A program made the translations under genes and the position numbers. Positions 30,209 through 40,474 of a stretch of 64,000 bases of DNA are shown here, piece by piece. The notes under the pieces are model-generated. The model was not told where the DNA came from and did not search any database. It saw only the letters and a list, made by a program, of their open reading frames with translations. The stretch covers positions 576,001-640,000 of the forward strand of contig CBDEFM010000002.1 of the NCBI GenBank assembly GCA_965237415.1, in the 5' to 3' direction. Each line of letters starts with the position of its first letter. Position 1 is the stretch's first letter. The stretch is from Alphaproteobacteria bacterium. GTDB lineage: Bacteria; Pseudomonadota; Alphaproteobacteria; UBA828.

Positions 30209-31624
30209 TCAGTCGCCCGGATAGGCCGCCGGCTTCGAGGCCCACTGCATATAGGCCTCGCGCTGCGCGTCGACGCCCACCTTCTCGGTGAGCTCGTCCC
30301 AGGCATCGGCAACGCCGTCGAGCTCCGACTGCGGGTCGGCTCCGCCCATTACCGCCTGAAGCCCGATCGCCAACGCATCCTCGTAGGCGAAGGTGTTGAT
30401 GACCGAGAGATCGAGCAGGCCTGAGACCGCGCCAGCTTGCAACGCATCGAGATACTCCTTCGCATCCGGCCAGAGCGACTGGTACTCCGGAGACGAGAAG
30501 TGCGACTTGCGGAAGGGATCGCGCAGCGTGTAGGGCAGCTGCACCCGCTGGCCGCTGATGTCGATGCTGTTGATCCACTGGATGTAGAGGTAGGCCGCGT
30601 CCTTGTTGTTGCTGTCGGACGAGACTGCCATCGAGAATCCGGCGGCGAGCTGGGGATGGCCGCCCGGCGGCAGCGCATAGCCCACGTTGCCCGAGACCAC
30701 CGACGGCGGCACCCACTGCATGGCGATGTCATCGGTGCCATAGCCCGCCGACCAGCGGCCGACCGGCGGCCACCACTGAGTCATGGCGATCTGGCCGGCG
30801 TTGAAGGCGGCCAGCGACTCGATCGCGCCCCACTGCTCGATGCCTGGCGGCATGGTGGTGTTGTCCTTCACCATGCCGGCGAGCGCCTTGACGCAGCCGG
30901 GGCCGTTAACCGTTGCCTTCATGGACTCGGAATCGAAGAACTTGCAGCCCTCGTTCCGTGCCCGCTCCTGATAGAAGTAGTGCAGGAGGCCGCGCACCCG
31001 CATGAAGCCGGCTCCGTAAACCTCCGGCGCTTTCGCGTCGGTGATCGCCTTGCTGACCTCGTAGAACTCGTCCCACGTGGTCGGCACCGAGAGGCCCATC
31101 TCCTCGAAAATGTCCTTGCGGTAATAGAGAATCAGCACGTCGCCATCATCCGGGAAGCCGTAGATGGTGTCGCCGACCCTCATCTGGTTCTCGCGGTAGA
31201 CGTCGCCGATATCCTCGAGCTCCTCGCGATAGCCGTACTTGTCGACGTATTCGTCGAGCGGCTCGACGGCGCCGGCGCGCACCATGTCGCCCATCCAGGC
31301 AGGCACCACGCTCAGCACGTCATAGGCGCCGGTTCCCGCCCGATGCTCCTGAAGCATCTTGGGAAACATCTCGTTGACCTGGGATTCGATCACGTTGACC
31401 TTGATCCCCGTGAGCTCTTCCCACATCGGGCCGGAGAAGTTCTGCGGGCCCAGCGACTGGAGCCCGGCCTCCCAAATCACGTTGATCTCGGTTCCGGCAT
31501 ACTGCTTGGCCTCGCGCACCGCGATTTCTGCGGCGCTCTCGGCCCAGGCGGCGCCCGATCCCACGCCCAGCAGCGCGAGCGCGGCGACCCCGCCGATCAT
31601 TGACCGCATCGTTCCGATTGCCAT
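30209..31624 (-). CDS. Carbohydrate-type ABC substrate-binding protein (family 1), orphan
   Basis: Signal peptide, WEELTGIKVN, YGFPDDGD..LYYRKD, PTTWDE; no adjacent permease. Confidence 0.88.
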   Translation of the reverse strand: MAIGTMRSMIGGVAALALLGVGSGAAWAESAAEIAVREAKQYAGTEINVIWEAGLQSLGPQNFSGPMWEELTGIKVNVIESQVNEMFPKMLQEHRAGTGAYDVLSVVPAWMGDMVRAGAVEPLDEYVDKYGYREELEDIGDVYRENQMRVGDTIYGFPDDGDVLILYYRKDIFEEMGLSVPTTWDEFYEVSKAITDAKAPEVYGAGFMRVRGLLHYFYQERARNEGCKFFDSESMKATVNGPGCVKALAGMVKDNTTMPPGIEQWGAIESLAAFNAGQIAMTQWWPPVGRWSAGYGTDDIAMQWVPPSVVSGNVGYALPPGGHPQLAAGFSMAVSSDSNNKDAAYLYIQWINSIDISGQRVQLPYTLRDPFRKSHFSSPEYQSLWPDAKEYLDALQAGAVSGLLDLSVINTFAYEDALAIGLQAVMGGADPQSELDGVADAWDELTEKVGVDAQREAYMQWASKPAAYPGD

Positions 31625-31672
31625 GGATGGTCTCCCCTCGTTCGGCGCGACGGCGCCGCGCACTCCTCCAAA

Positions 31673-32479
31673 CTATCGCCCGCCGGCGGCGCCCATGCGC
31701 GGGCCACGGCACGCCTTTCGCAGCGCGGCGATGCCCTCCGCGACACCGCGCTGCACCAGCCAAGCGTCTCCAGAATAGCATAGGAAGTCGACGCCGATGT
31801 CATGCAGCGCCATACCGGTCGCGGTGTCTTCGAAAATGCGGCCGAGCGACTTGCCGTATTGCGTGCAGGCTGCGCCCACGCGCTGCATCGCCGCCTGGAA
31901 CCTCGGATGATCGAACTTCGCCGGAATCCCCATGGCGACCGAAAGGTCGAAGTGGCCGATCCATATGCCGTCCACGCCGTCGAGAGCGGCGATCGCCTCA
32001 ATCTCCTCGATCCCTTCGGGCGTCTCGATCTTGGGGAAGAACACCACGTCCCTGTTGGCGGCGCGGAGCGCGGGCGCCGCAGGGCGCTGCCGGTAGCGAT
32101 CGTGGGCTATACCGAGTGCGACTCCACGCGCGCCCTTCGGGGCATAGCGGACGTGATCGAGGATGGCGCGCGCCTCCTCGGCGCTCCCGACCTTCGCCGG
32201 CTGGATGCCGTCCGCCCCCATGTCCAGAGCACGGGCCACCATGTCGTAGTCGCCGCCGACGGTCGACACGACCACCGGCAGATCGGCTGCCTGGTAGAAG
32301 CGCAGCATCCGCTTGAGCTGATCGTAGCCGAAGCCGGAATGTTCCATGTCGAGCAGCGCGTATTCGCAGCCGGCAGCCTTGAGGATCTGCCCCATGCCGG
32401 AGCTGTCGAATTCGATCACGAACGAGCCGAATTTGGGCTGCCTCGTGCCCATCATCGCGCGCAAGGCGCCGCTCGGCAT
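31673..32479 (-). CDS. HpcH/HpaI aldolase family protein
   Basis: DMEHSG, RALDMGADGI, KIET, IWIGHFDLS. Confidence 0.88.
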   Translation of the reverse strand: MPSGALRAMMGTRQPKFGSFVIEFDSSGMGQILKAAGCEYALLDMEHSGFGYDQLKRMLRFYQAADLPVVVSTVGGDYDMVARALDMGADGIQPAKVGSAEEARAILDHVRYAPKGARGVALGIAHDRYRQRPAAPALRAANRDVVFFPKIETPEGIEEIEAIAALDGVDGIWIGHFDLSVAMGIPAKFDHPRFQAAMQRVGAACTQYGKSLGRIFEDTATGMALHDIGVDFLCYSGDAWLVQRGVAEGIAALRKACRGPRMGAAGGR

Positions 32480-32485
32480 CCCTGC

Positions 32486-33277
32486 CTATCCCTTCCGCCG
32501 GCCGCCGAGCGCGGCCCTCAGGTCGCCGATGCCGCGGGCGAGCGTCTCCCGCAGCAGCCACACGTCCCCAGAATAGCAAATCATGTCGAAACCCGCGTGA
32601 TAGGCGGTGATGCCCCTCTCAACATTCATGACGAGGCAGCCGAAGGACTTCTTGTGCCTGACGCAGGCGCGCGCGACACGGTCCTCCGCCGCGGTGAGAT
32701 CGGGGTGGTCGAATTGGCCGGGGATGCCGAGCGACGTGCTGAGGTCGAAATGCCCGATCCAGATGCCGTCGATCCCCTCGACCGCGGCTATCTCGTCGAC
32801 GTTCTCGATTCCCTCACGGGTCTCCACCAGGAGAAACACGGCGACCCGCTTGTTGGCGGCGCGCATCTTGGTCACCGGAGAACCTGGCGCGTAGCGGTCG
32901 TGGGCAACGCCGAGTGCGACACCGCGGTGGCCCAAGGGCGGATACTTTGCGTGGGCCACGATGCGTTGCGCCTCCTCCGCCGTGCCCACCATGGGCGTCA
33001 TGATCCCCTCGGCACCCATGTCCAGGGCCCGGGCGATGTGGTGGTAGTGGCGGGAAGGCACGCGCACGATCGCCGGCAACGACGCCGCCTCCATGTAACG
33101 CAGGAGCTGCTTCACCGTGTCGAAGCCGAAGCCGGAATGTTCCATGTCGAGGAAGACGAACTGGGCACCACCGGCCTTGAGGATGTAGCCGATACCGGGC
33201 GAGGCGAGCTCGATCACGAGCGTGCCGAACTTGGCTCGCCGCGTCCCCGCCATCTCCTTCAACGTGGTCAACGCCAC
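32486..33277 (-). CDS. HpcH/HpaI aldolase family protein (tandem paralog)
   Basis: DMEHSG, IVRVP, RALDMGAEGI, YPPLGHRG, IGHFDLS; GTG start with GGGAG SD. Confidence 0.88.
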   Translation of the reverse strand: MALTTLKEMAGTRRAKFGTLVIELASPGIGYILKAGGAQFVFLDMEHSGFGFDTVKQLLRYMEAASLPAIVRVPSRHYHHIARALDMGAEGIMTPMVGTAEEAQRIVAHAKYPPLGHRGVALGVAHDRYAPGSPVTKMRAANKRVAVFLLVETREGIENVDEIAAVEGIDGIWIGHFDLSTSLGIPGQFDHPDLTAAEDRVARACVRHKKSFGCLVMNVERGITAYHAGFDMICYSGDVWLLRETLARGIGDLRAALGGRRKG

Positions 33278-33429
33278 TCGATGACTCCCGACTCGCCCTC
33301 TTCCATCAGGCTGGCTGGCTCGCGATTCCGCCAGCGCGCACCGAATGTTAGCAGCATTGGCGCGCACCGCCGAATCGGGTTGTGGCGGGACGGTCTCTCC
33401 GGCGTTCCTTGTCGTTGGAAGGAGAAACG

Positions 33430-34116
33430 CTACCCGGCTTCGAGGACAGCCAGGGCCTCATCCGCCGTCATCACGTCGCCGAACTGCTGGATGATAGTTT
33501 CCAGCGCGTTGCGGTGCTCCTCGTCGGAGAGCGCGGCGCAGCAGTCGGCGAGCATCACGGTCTTGAAATCGAGCATCATGGCGTCGCGCGCGGTCGATTC
33601 GCAGCAGACGTCGGTCTTTGTGCCGCCGATGAGCAGCGTATCGATGCCGCGGCCGCGCACCATCGTCTCCAGCGACGAGGAGCCCGCGATCAGCGCGCTG
33701 TAGCGGTTCTTGAAGAGGATCGTGTCGCCCTCGGCGACTTCCAATTCGGGCCAGAGCTTCTGTCCATCGGCGCCGGGGGCGAGCCCGGCGATGGTGCGCT
33801 CACGCGCCTCGTCGGAGACGAAGTGATCGAAGAAGCCCGGCCAGTCCGACGCACCGTCGCGGCTCGTATTGGCGTGGGCGATCCAGTAGATGCGCACCCC
33901 GAGCGCCCTGAGGCGCGCGTTGAGCGCGTTGATCTGCGGTACGATGGCGCGCGCCATCGGCACCTCGACCGGCGCGCCCGGCGCAAGGAAGGTCACCTGC
34001 ATGTCGATGTAGACCGCCGCCGTACGGGCCGGATCGAGCCGCTCGAAGAGGTTCATCCGCCCGCGCCGCTTCACGACCCGGTCGATGATCTCCTGCCGGA
34101 TGGCGATCTCGTGCAT
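33430..34116 (-). CDS. Isochorismatase/cysteine hydrolase family amidase
   Basis: Triad IDMQ (D), KNRYSA (K), TDVCCEST (C). Confidence 0.9.
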   Translation of the reverse strand: MHEIAIRQEIIDRVVKRRGRMNLFERLDPARTAAVYIDMQVTFLAPGAPVEVPMARAIVPQINALNARLRALGVRIYWIAHANTSRDGASDWPGFFDHFVSDEARERTIAGLAPGADGQKLWPELEVAEGDTILFKNRYSALIAGSSSLETMVRGRGIDTLLIGGTKTDVCCESTARDAMMLDFKTVMLADCCAALSDEEHRNALETIIQQFGDVMTADEALAVLEAG

Positions 34117-34125
34117 GGGGCTTCC

Positions 34126-34401
34126 CTACACCCGCACGATGTCGGTGAGGAAGGGATCGCCGGCGAGCGCCGATTCGGTATCGAGCAGGGCGCCGCAGCC
34201 GGGGCAGAAGAAACGCCGCAGCAGGACCCGCTCGGCATTGCTATAGGGCGCGCCGCCGGCGCCCTGCATCGGCTGCTCGTCGAGCCGGGCGGCCTCCTTC
34301 CAGGGCTCCCCTGCCGGGCCAAGGGCGTAGCCACAAGCCATGCAGGCGATGGCGCGGTCCTCGTTCACCACGAGTGTGGCGGATATGCGGGTGCCGCTCA
34401 T
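34126..34401 (-). CDS. Acetone carboxylase gamma-subunit-like Zn protein
   Basis: CMACG ... WKE ... FFCPGCGALL. Confidence 0.8.
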   Translation of the reverse strand: MSGTRISATLVVNEDRAIACMACGYALGPAGEPWKEAARLDEQPMQGAGGAPYSNAERVLLRRFFCPGCGALLDTESALAGDPFLTDIVRV

Positions 34402-36227
34402 TCAGCAGCCATCGGCGTCGCCAGGCGGGCTGTGCGGAGCGCTGCACGACGGGCGCGGGTCGCGTCCTCGTCGACCTTGCCGGCCGCCGTCACCACGCCG
34501 TAGACCCGTGCCGCTACGTCCGCCGACACCATGCCGGCCTCGATATCGGCCTGCACCCGCTCTGGCTCCCGCTCCAGCGGGTCGCCGAAGCCGCCGCCGC
34601 CGTCGGAGCGGACATAGAGCGCGTCCTCTCCCTTGAGGGGGAAGACGCCCCAGGAAATGGTCTCGGCCTCGCCTGTCATCTCGTCGAGCGAGGTGGGGAA
34701 GGGATTGACGTTGCGCCCGGCCTCGCTGGCCTCGTTGTTGTGCACCCAGCGATAAGCGCAGGGCGCGCCGGCATAGCCGCCGCCCAGCCCTTCGCTCATG
34801 GAGAACTCGGTGCCCTTGCCGGAGACCACGTAGTTGATGCCGCCCTCGGGCGAATCGTGCTGCACCAGGGCGAACTCGATCGCGTTGCCGCCGCGCCAGC
34901 GGCCCGGCCCGCCGGTATCCAGGCGCGCCCGGCGGAACAGATAGCGCACCGGGAACGTCGCCTCGGTGGTCTCGACGTTGGCCATGCGGCCGATGGGGTT
35001 GGGAATTTCGCCGCCGACATCGATGCCGTCGGCGAAGGTGCGCGCGCCGCCGGCGCCGCCGAAGGTCTCGGTCAGGATGCCGATGGCCTCCTGACGCCGC
35101 TGGTTGAGGCCGAACATGAAGATGGCGAAATGGCTCCCGTGCCAGACCGCCGTTGCTTCCTTCGCGTATTTCTCGCTCGCCGACAGCATCTTGGCGATGC
35201 AGGTACAGGCGGCGTTGTTGACCGACTGGATCGCGCCCACGGTCGCGAGCGAGACCGGCGCCGGCCTGGTGCAGTTCACCACCGAGCCCTCCGGCGCGAT
35301 CATCCTGATCGGTCTGAGAACGCCGTCGTTCCAGGTGATGTCGTAGCAGAGCAAGGGGAAGAGCGGAGCGAAGAAGCCGCCCCAGGAGGCCCAGTAGGTG
35401 CAGTTGATACCGTAGTGGGACTGCGGGCTCGAGCCCGTGAAATCGAACGTGAGCTCGTCGCCCTCCTTGGTCATAGCGAGCAGCACCCGGCAGGTCTCAC
35501 CCTTGATGTCGAAGTACTGCCGCGCCTCCCAGCGGCCATTGGGAAGCTCGCGGAGTCGCTTGCGGAAGAGCGTCTCCGACTGCTCGACCAGCGCAGCACA
35601 GGCCTCGTCCACCGGCCCGGCGCCGTACTTGTCGATCAACGCGCCCATCCGCTCCCGCGCCACATTGTTGGCCGCGATCATGGAGGAGAGGTCGAGCGCC
35701 ACCATCTCCGGCGCGCGCACCATGTTGAGCACCGTATCCATCACATCGCGGCGCATCTCGCCGCCTTCGACCAGCTTGATACCGGGCGAGCTGAAGCCTT
35801 CAGTGAAGATATCGCGCGAATCCGGGCTGAATCCGCCGGGTACCATGGCGCCGATATCGTAGACATGGACGAAGCACGCGCTCCATGCGACCAGCCGCCC
35901 GTCGTGGTGGATAGGCGCCACCAGATAGATGTCCGAGGTGTGGAGCGCCGCCGTGTAGGGACAGTTGGTGAGGAACACGTCGCCCTCGCCGATATCGCCC
36001 TCGAAGCGGCGGATGACCGCCTTGCAGGCCTCGGCGGCGCTGGTCAGATGGTGCAGGAAGCCGACGCCGCCCATGAGCAGCGAGCCGTCCGCGCGGTAGA
36101 GGGAGACCATGAGATCGTGGCCCTCGTTGGTGATCGCACTGCCCGAGACCTGCTTCAGCGTGATCACCGCCTCGTCGATGACGCGGAAGAGCCGATGGCG
36201 GATGATGGAGAAGGTGATCGGGTCCAT
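34398..36227 (-). CDS. Hydantoinase B / oxoprolinase family protein
   Basis: MDPITFSII, HTSD, HVYDIG, DFTGSSPQ, GGAGGAR, GGGGFGDPLER. Confidence 0.92.
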   Translation of the reverse strand: MDPITFSIIRHRLFRVIDEAVITLKQVSGSAITNEGHDLMVSLYRADGSLLMGGVGFLHHLTSAAEACKAVIRRFEGDIGEGDVFLTNCPYTAALHTSDIYLVAPIHHDGRLVAWSACFVHVYDIGAMVPGGFSPDSRDIFTEGFSSPGIKLVEGGEMRRDVMDTVLNMVRAPEMVALDLSSMIAANNVARERMGALIDKYGAGPVDEACAALVEQSETLFRKRLRELPNGRWEARQYFDIKGETCRVLLAMTKEGDELTFDFTGSSPQSHYGINCTYWASWGGFFAPLFPLLCYDITWNDGVLRPIRMIAPEGSVVNCTRPAPVSLATVGAIQSVNNAACTCIAKMLSASEKYAKEATAVWHGSHFAIFMFGLNQRRQEAIGILTETFGGAGGARTFADGIDVGGEIPNPIGRMANVETTEATFPVRYLFRRARLDTGGPGRWRGGNAIEFALVQHDSPEGGINYVVSGKGTEFSMSEGLGGGYAGAPCAYRWVHNNEASEAGRNVNPFPTSLDEMTGEAETISWGVFPLKGEDALYVRSDGGGGFGDPLEREPERVQADIEAGMVSADVAARVYGVVTAAGKVDEDATRARRAALRTARLATPMAAE

Positions 36228-36235
36228 GGCGGGCC

Positions 36236-38356
36236 TCAATCGAGTTCGATGATGGTGTTGCGGTAGGCGTCAACTCGGCCGGTTTGGCCGGATTGTACGA
36301 CGATCGTCGTGATCGGGGTGTGAATCACCGCCGGGCCGTTGACGACGTTGCCGGGCACGAGCCGCTCGAAATCGTAGATGTCCGCCGGTGCGAGCCCGCC
36401 CGCGGTCTCCACGAAGATGTCGCGCCGGCCGATCAGCGCTGGCTCCGGGTCGGCGCCGTTGAGCGCGGCCGTCTCGACGGGCGGTCGTTCCACCAGGCCG
36501 CGCGCGGTGAGGCGGAACATCGTCATCTCCATACCAGCGGCGCGGTAGGCAGAGCCCTGGCCGAACTTGCGCTCGTAGAGGGCCTCGAAGTCCGCCGCGA
36601 GGCGGCCCACGGCATCGTCGTCCAAGGGTCCGCCGCCCGCGACCGGCGTCGTCACCTCGTGCACCTGCCGGCCGTATCGCAGGTCGATGGACCAGTCGAG
36701 GGCGATGGCATCGCCCGCGAACCCCTCGGACGTAAGCTGTGCGCGTGCGCGGGCCACCATCGGCGCGTAGATCTCGTTGATCTCGTCGGCCGGGCTCGGT
36801 ACGGGCAGCGTCTTGGTCACGCTGTACTCGTGGACGATATCGGCCGAAAGGAGGCCGAAGGCGGCGTTCACCGAGGCGGTGTAGGGAACCACGATGCGCT
36901 TGACCCCGAGCTCCGCGCCGAACACGCCGCAGAGCAGGCCGCAGCTGCCGCCGAAGGCATGCAGCACGAAATCGCGCGGGTCGAGGCCGCGCTCGACCGT
37001 GATCTCATGGATGAGGTCGGTGATCTGCGCCGCGGCGATGCGGTAGATGCCGATGGCGGCGTCCTCCACGCTCATGCCGAGCGGCGAGGCTATCTTCTCG
37101 GTGAAGACCTGCCGCGCCTTCTCGGCATCGAGCGTAATCGTGCCGCCGAGGAAGGTGCCGGGGTCCATGTAGCCCACGAGAAGCATGACATCGGTGAGAG
37201 TCGGCTCGCTGCCGCCTAGCCCGTAACAGACCGGCCCCGGCCGCGCGCCGGCGCTCGCCGGCCCCACGCCCGGCACGCCGGTCGCGGGGTCGAGCGCGAC
37301 GATGCTGCCGCCGCCGGCGCCTATGGAGACCACCTCGATCTTCGGCGCCACATAGTGATAGCGGTCGACCATCGGCTCGCGGGCGTAGTCGATGGCGCCG
37401 CCCTGGATCACGCCGACCTTGAAGGTCGTGCCTCCCATGTCGCAGGCGATGATGTCCTCGTCTTCCATCAGCCGGCCGAGATGACGGCTGCCGATGACGC
37501 CTGCGGCGGGGCCGCATTCGAGCATACCCACCGCCCGCGCGGCCGCTTCCTCGGCCGGAAGCAGACCGCCATAGCCCTGCATCACCAGGAGCGGCCCGTC
37601 ATAGCCGCGCCCCCGCAGCAGCGCCTGCAGGCTGGTGATGTACTCGCTGGCGATTTGCCCCGCATAAGCATTGATGACCGTGGTGGAGGCGCGCTCGTAT
37701 TCGCCCGGCACCGGCGCGATCTCGCTCGAGAGCGTCACGTAAACGCCGGGCGCAATCTCGCGGATCAGGTCGCCCACGCGCCGTTCGTGGCTATCGTTGT
37801 AGAAGGACCAGAGGAAGGAGACCGCAAGCGCCTCGACCTCGTCGTCGTCCACCAGCGAGCGAACCGCCTGGCGCACCGCCTCTTCGTCCAGCTCGCGCAG
37901 CACCGCGCCCTTGTAGTCCACCCGCTCCGGCACGCCCCTGGTGCGCGAGCCCGGCACCAGCGGCGGGGCCCTGTCGGTCGCCACCGGATGCTTGATGCCA
38001 TCCTCGGTGAGCCCGGCCCAGCGGCCGTAGGCGCCGCGCGTGATCGTCAGGGTGTCTTCGAAGCCTTCGGTGGTGATCAGGCCGGTCCTGGCGCCGGTGC
38101 GGGTGACCAGCGTGTTGTCCACAACCGTCGAGCCGTGCATGAAGAGCGCCGTCTGGGCCAGCAGCGCGTCCGTGGCGATGCCGATGCCCTCCGCCGCAGC
38201 GCCGACGGCGGCGAGCACGCCGTCCGCGAAGTCGGGCGGGGTCGAGAGCGCCTTGCCGAGGCGCACCGGCTCGCCGGCGGCGAACAGCACCGCGTCCGTG
38301 CAGGTGCCGCCGACGTCGGTCGCGACCACATAGCGGGCGTCGCCCTGTTTGCTCAT
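36236..38356 (-). CDS. Hydantoinase A / oxoprolinase family protein (ATP-binding)
   Basis: DVGGTCTD, EYER, GPAAG, DMGGTT, SIGAGGGS, DLRYGRQ. Confidence 0.93.
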   Translation of the reverse strand: MSKQGDARYVVATDVGGTCTDAVLFAAGEPVRLGKALSTPPDFADGVLAAVGAAAEGIGIATDALLAQTALFMHGSTVVDNTLVTRTGARTGLITTEGFEDTLTITRGAYGRWAGLTEDGIKHPVATDRAPPLVPGSRTRGVPERVDYKGAVLRELDEEAVRQAVRSLVDDDEVEALAVSFLWSFYNDSHERRVGDLIREIAPGVYVTLSSEIAPVPGEYERASTTVINAYAGQIASEYITSLQALLRGRGYDGPLLVMQGYGGLLPAEEAAARAVGMLECGPAAGVIGSRHLGRLMEDEDIIACDMGGTTFKVGVIQGGAIDYAREPMVDRYHYVAPKIEVVSIGAGGGSIVALDPATGVPGVGPASAGARPGPVCYGLGGSEPTLTDVMLLVGYMDPGTFLGGTITLDAEKARQVFTEKIASPLGMSVEDAAIGIYRIAAAQITDLIHEITVERGLDPRDFVLHAFGGSCGLLCGVFGAELGVKRIVVPYTASVNAAFGLLSADIVHEYSVTKTLPVPSPADEINEIYAPMVARARAQLTSEGFAGDAIALDWSIDLRYGRQVHEVTTPVAGGGPLDDDAVGRLAADFEALYERKFGQGSAYRAAGMEMTMFRLTARGLVERPPVETAALNGADPEPALIGRRDIFVETAGGLAPADIYDFERLVPGNVVNGPAVIHTPITTIVVQSGQTGRVDAYRNTIIELD

Positions 38357-38501
38357 CTCCTGCCTTTCGTCTGCCCGGCGCCATCTTGCCGGGCGGGCAC
38401 GCGAAATCAAGCGACCGTCTGAGCGAACTGGTCGGCGGCGGCACTCTCTCCGGTTACGCGGTGGCCAACGAAATGGGACGGTTCGAGCTTCGCCCAGGCT
38501 C

Positions 38502-39524
38502 TCAGGGCTCCGGCGTCGCTGCGACGCCACACGTCTCCCTGAGGATGAGTTCCGTTTTCAGAACGATACGCTGCGCCGGGGCGTCAGGATTGTCGATCCG
38601 CTCAATCAGCGTTGCCGCGGCTTGCCTGCCCATCTCCTTCCGCGATACCCGCGTGACGCTCAAGGAAGGGCTGACGAGGCTCGACTCCTCCACATCCTCG
38701 TGGCCGATGAGCGCGAAGTTCTTGCCGGGGAACAGACCTTCCTTCGCCAGGCCATGGAACAGCCCGAGAGCGATCGAATCGTTGTAGCTGATCGCGGCAG
38801 TCGGCCGAGGGTCGAGCCCGGCTACCCAGCGCGCCGCCCTGAAGCCTTCGACACGAGTCGGCACCGACGGCCAGACGAGCGCATCGTCGAAAGCGACCGA
38901 TTCCCGCTCGAGTGCTGCCCGATGGCCGCGCAAACGCTCGCCGAAGGGGCTTGCGCTCGGGTGACCGCCAACAACCGCGATCCGGCGATGGCCCAGGTTC
39001 AGCAATCGCTCCGTCGCCAGCCGGCCTGATTCACGATCGTCGCTTACGACGTAGTCGAAGCCCGAATCCAGCATGGCCCGCGACACGAAGACGAGCGGCG
39101 GCACGGGAACATGTCGAGGAGAAAACTGCTCCATCGTGGAGTCGATTGCCGGAGACACGATGATGCCGTCGGCGTTGTATTCCGCCATCGTCCTGATGAA
39201 ATCGGCCTGTCGCTCGCAGGATTCGTTGGTGTTGCACAGAAAAACGGTCCGGCCGGTCTTCGCCAGCTCCTCTTCCAACGATGCGAGCAAGGAACTGAAG
39301 AACGGATCGGAGACATTGTTGAGGATAACGCCAACGGTGTGGGTCTTGGCCGTGCGAAGGCTCGCTGCGCTGCGGGCGTAGATGTATCCATGTTCCGCCA
39401 GGGCGGCCTTGACGCGATTTCGCGTGTTCAGCGAGATCCTCTCGTTGCCGCGCATGGCGAGCGACACGGTGGCCGTGGAGACACCGAGCTGCTCGGCGAT
39501 GTGACGGAGAGTGGGTCTGGTCAA
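38502..39524 (-). CDS. LacI family transcriptional regulator
   Basis: HTH TLRHIAEQLGVSTATVSLA, hinge ARSAASLR, C-terminal LILRETC. Confidence 0.93.
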   Translation of the reverse strand: MTRPTLRHIAEQLGVSTATVSLAMRGNERISLNTRNRVKAALAEHGYIYARSAASLRTAKTHTVGVILNNVSDPFFSSLLASLEEELAKTGRTVFLCNTNESCERQADFIRTMAEYNADGIIVSPAIDSTMEQFSPRHVPVPPLVFVSRAMLDSGFDYVVSDDRESGRLATERLLNLGHRRIAVVGGHPSASPFGERLRGHRAALERESVAFDDALVWPSVPTRVEGFRAARWVAGLDPRPTAAISYNDSIALGLFHGLAKEGLFPGKNFALIGHEDVEESSLVSPSLSVTRVSRKEMGRQAAATLIERIDNPDAPAQRIVLKTELILRETCGVAATPEP

Positions 39525-39753
39525 TCCTGTCGGCTCGACGGCCTGGTACGTTTACACTCTACCGACCTGCGCCACGCTCGCCCCGAGGGAGTTGAAGCAA
39601 GCGCTGGCTCGCACGCCCGGCACATGCCACGCGCGGCTCTTTCGTGGCGATCCGCCGTCCATACGGCGAAGCGCTCCGAGTGGCGGATCGTCTGGAATCG
39701 GTCAGGGCTCAACAGTGTTCGCATTCCGCGGCGGAGACAAGCGCGAATGCAGT

Positions 39754-40416
39754 TCACGGGTCGCCTGCAGGTCTTGGCGAGGGTGCGGCGCAGGCCGCGA
39801 GGCCGGCGAGCAGGGCCGCAAGCACCACCCAACCCTGCCAGGCCCCCATCGTGATGAGGGTGAGTGCGGAAACCGCAAGCCATAGCGCCGGTACGACACA
39901 TAAAAGGGCCATCCACCGGCTGCGCCCCGCGAGCGCAAGCAGGGCGAGCGTGGCCGCGGCGGTCGGATCGGGCGCGACCGCGAAGACTTCCGCCTCGCGC
40001 CAGGTTCGTCCGTCGAGTCGCGCGAGGAACGGCCAGGCCAGAAGCGCCGCCGCCAGAAGCCCGACGGCGGCCTGAGCCCGTCTCCCGCGCCCGGCGAAAA
40101 GCAGCCGGCCCGAGAGGCCGAGCGCCGCCAAGAGTGCGGCCTCGGCATAGAACCCCCAGGCGAGCGATGGCGCGACCCAATTGACCGTCCCGTAACGCAG
40201 CGCCACGAACTGCCATCCGGCCCAGAGCCATGCCGCAGCGAGCGCAGGGCCGAGCCAACGCGCGGACGGCCGCCACCCCCGCAGCAGGCAGAACGCAAGC
40301 AGCGCGCCTGCCGCCAGCAGCAGCGGCTGCGCCGGCCAGACCGCCTCGTTCTCCAACGCGAAGAGCCGCCAATAGACCCGCGGCTCGAACGGCAGGAGAT
40401 CTTCCAGCCCTGCCAT
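39754..40416 (-). CDS. DUF6064-like membrane protein
   Basis: LPFEPRVYWRLF..NEAVWP, FAVAPDPTA; hydrophobic; downstream of an aldo/keto reductase. Confidence 0.65.
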   Translation of the reverse strand: MAGLEDLLPFEPRVYWRLFALENEAVWPAQPLLLAAGALLAFCLLRGWRPSARWLGPALAAAWLWAGWQFVALRYGTVNWVAPSLAWGFYAEAALLAALGLSGRLLFAGRGRRAQAAVGLLAAALLAWPFLARLDGRTWREAEVFAVAPDPTAAATLALLALAGRSRWMALLCVVPALWLAVSALTLITMGAWQGWVVLAALLAGLAACAAPSPRPAGDP

Positions 40417-40474
40417 CGCGGGCCTCTATGCCGTCCCCGCCTTCCGCGAATCTCCAGGCCCGAACGGCACGGTC

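Noticed and set aside
33341-33360. LacI-like operator AATGTTAGCAGCATT upstream of the aldolases
   Set aside because: Imperfect palindrome with no second copy found near the regulator or hyuA
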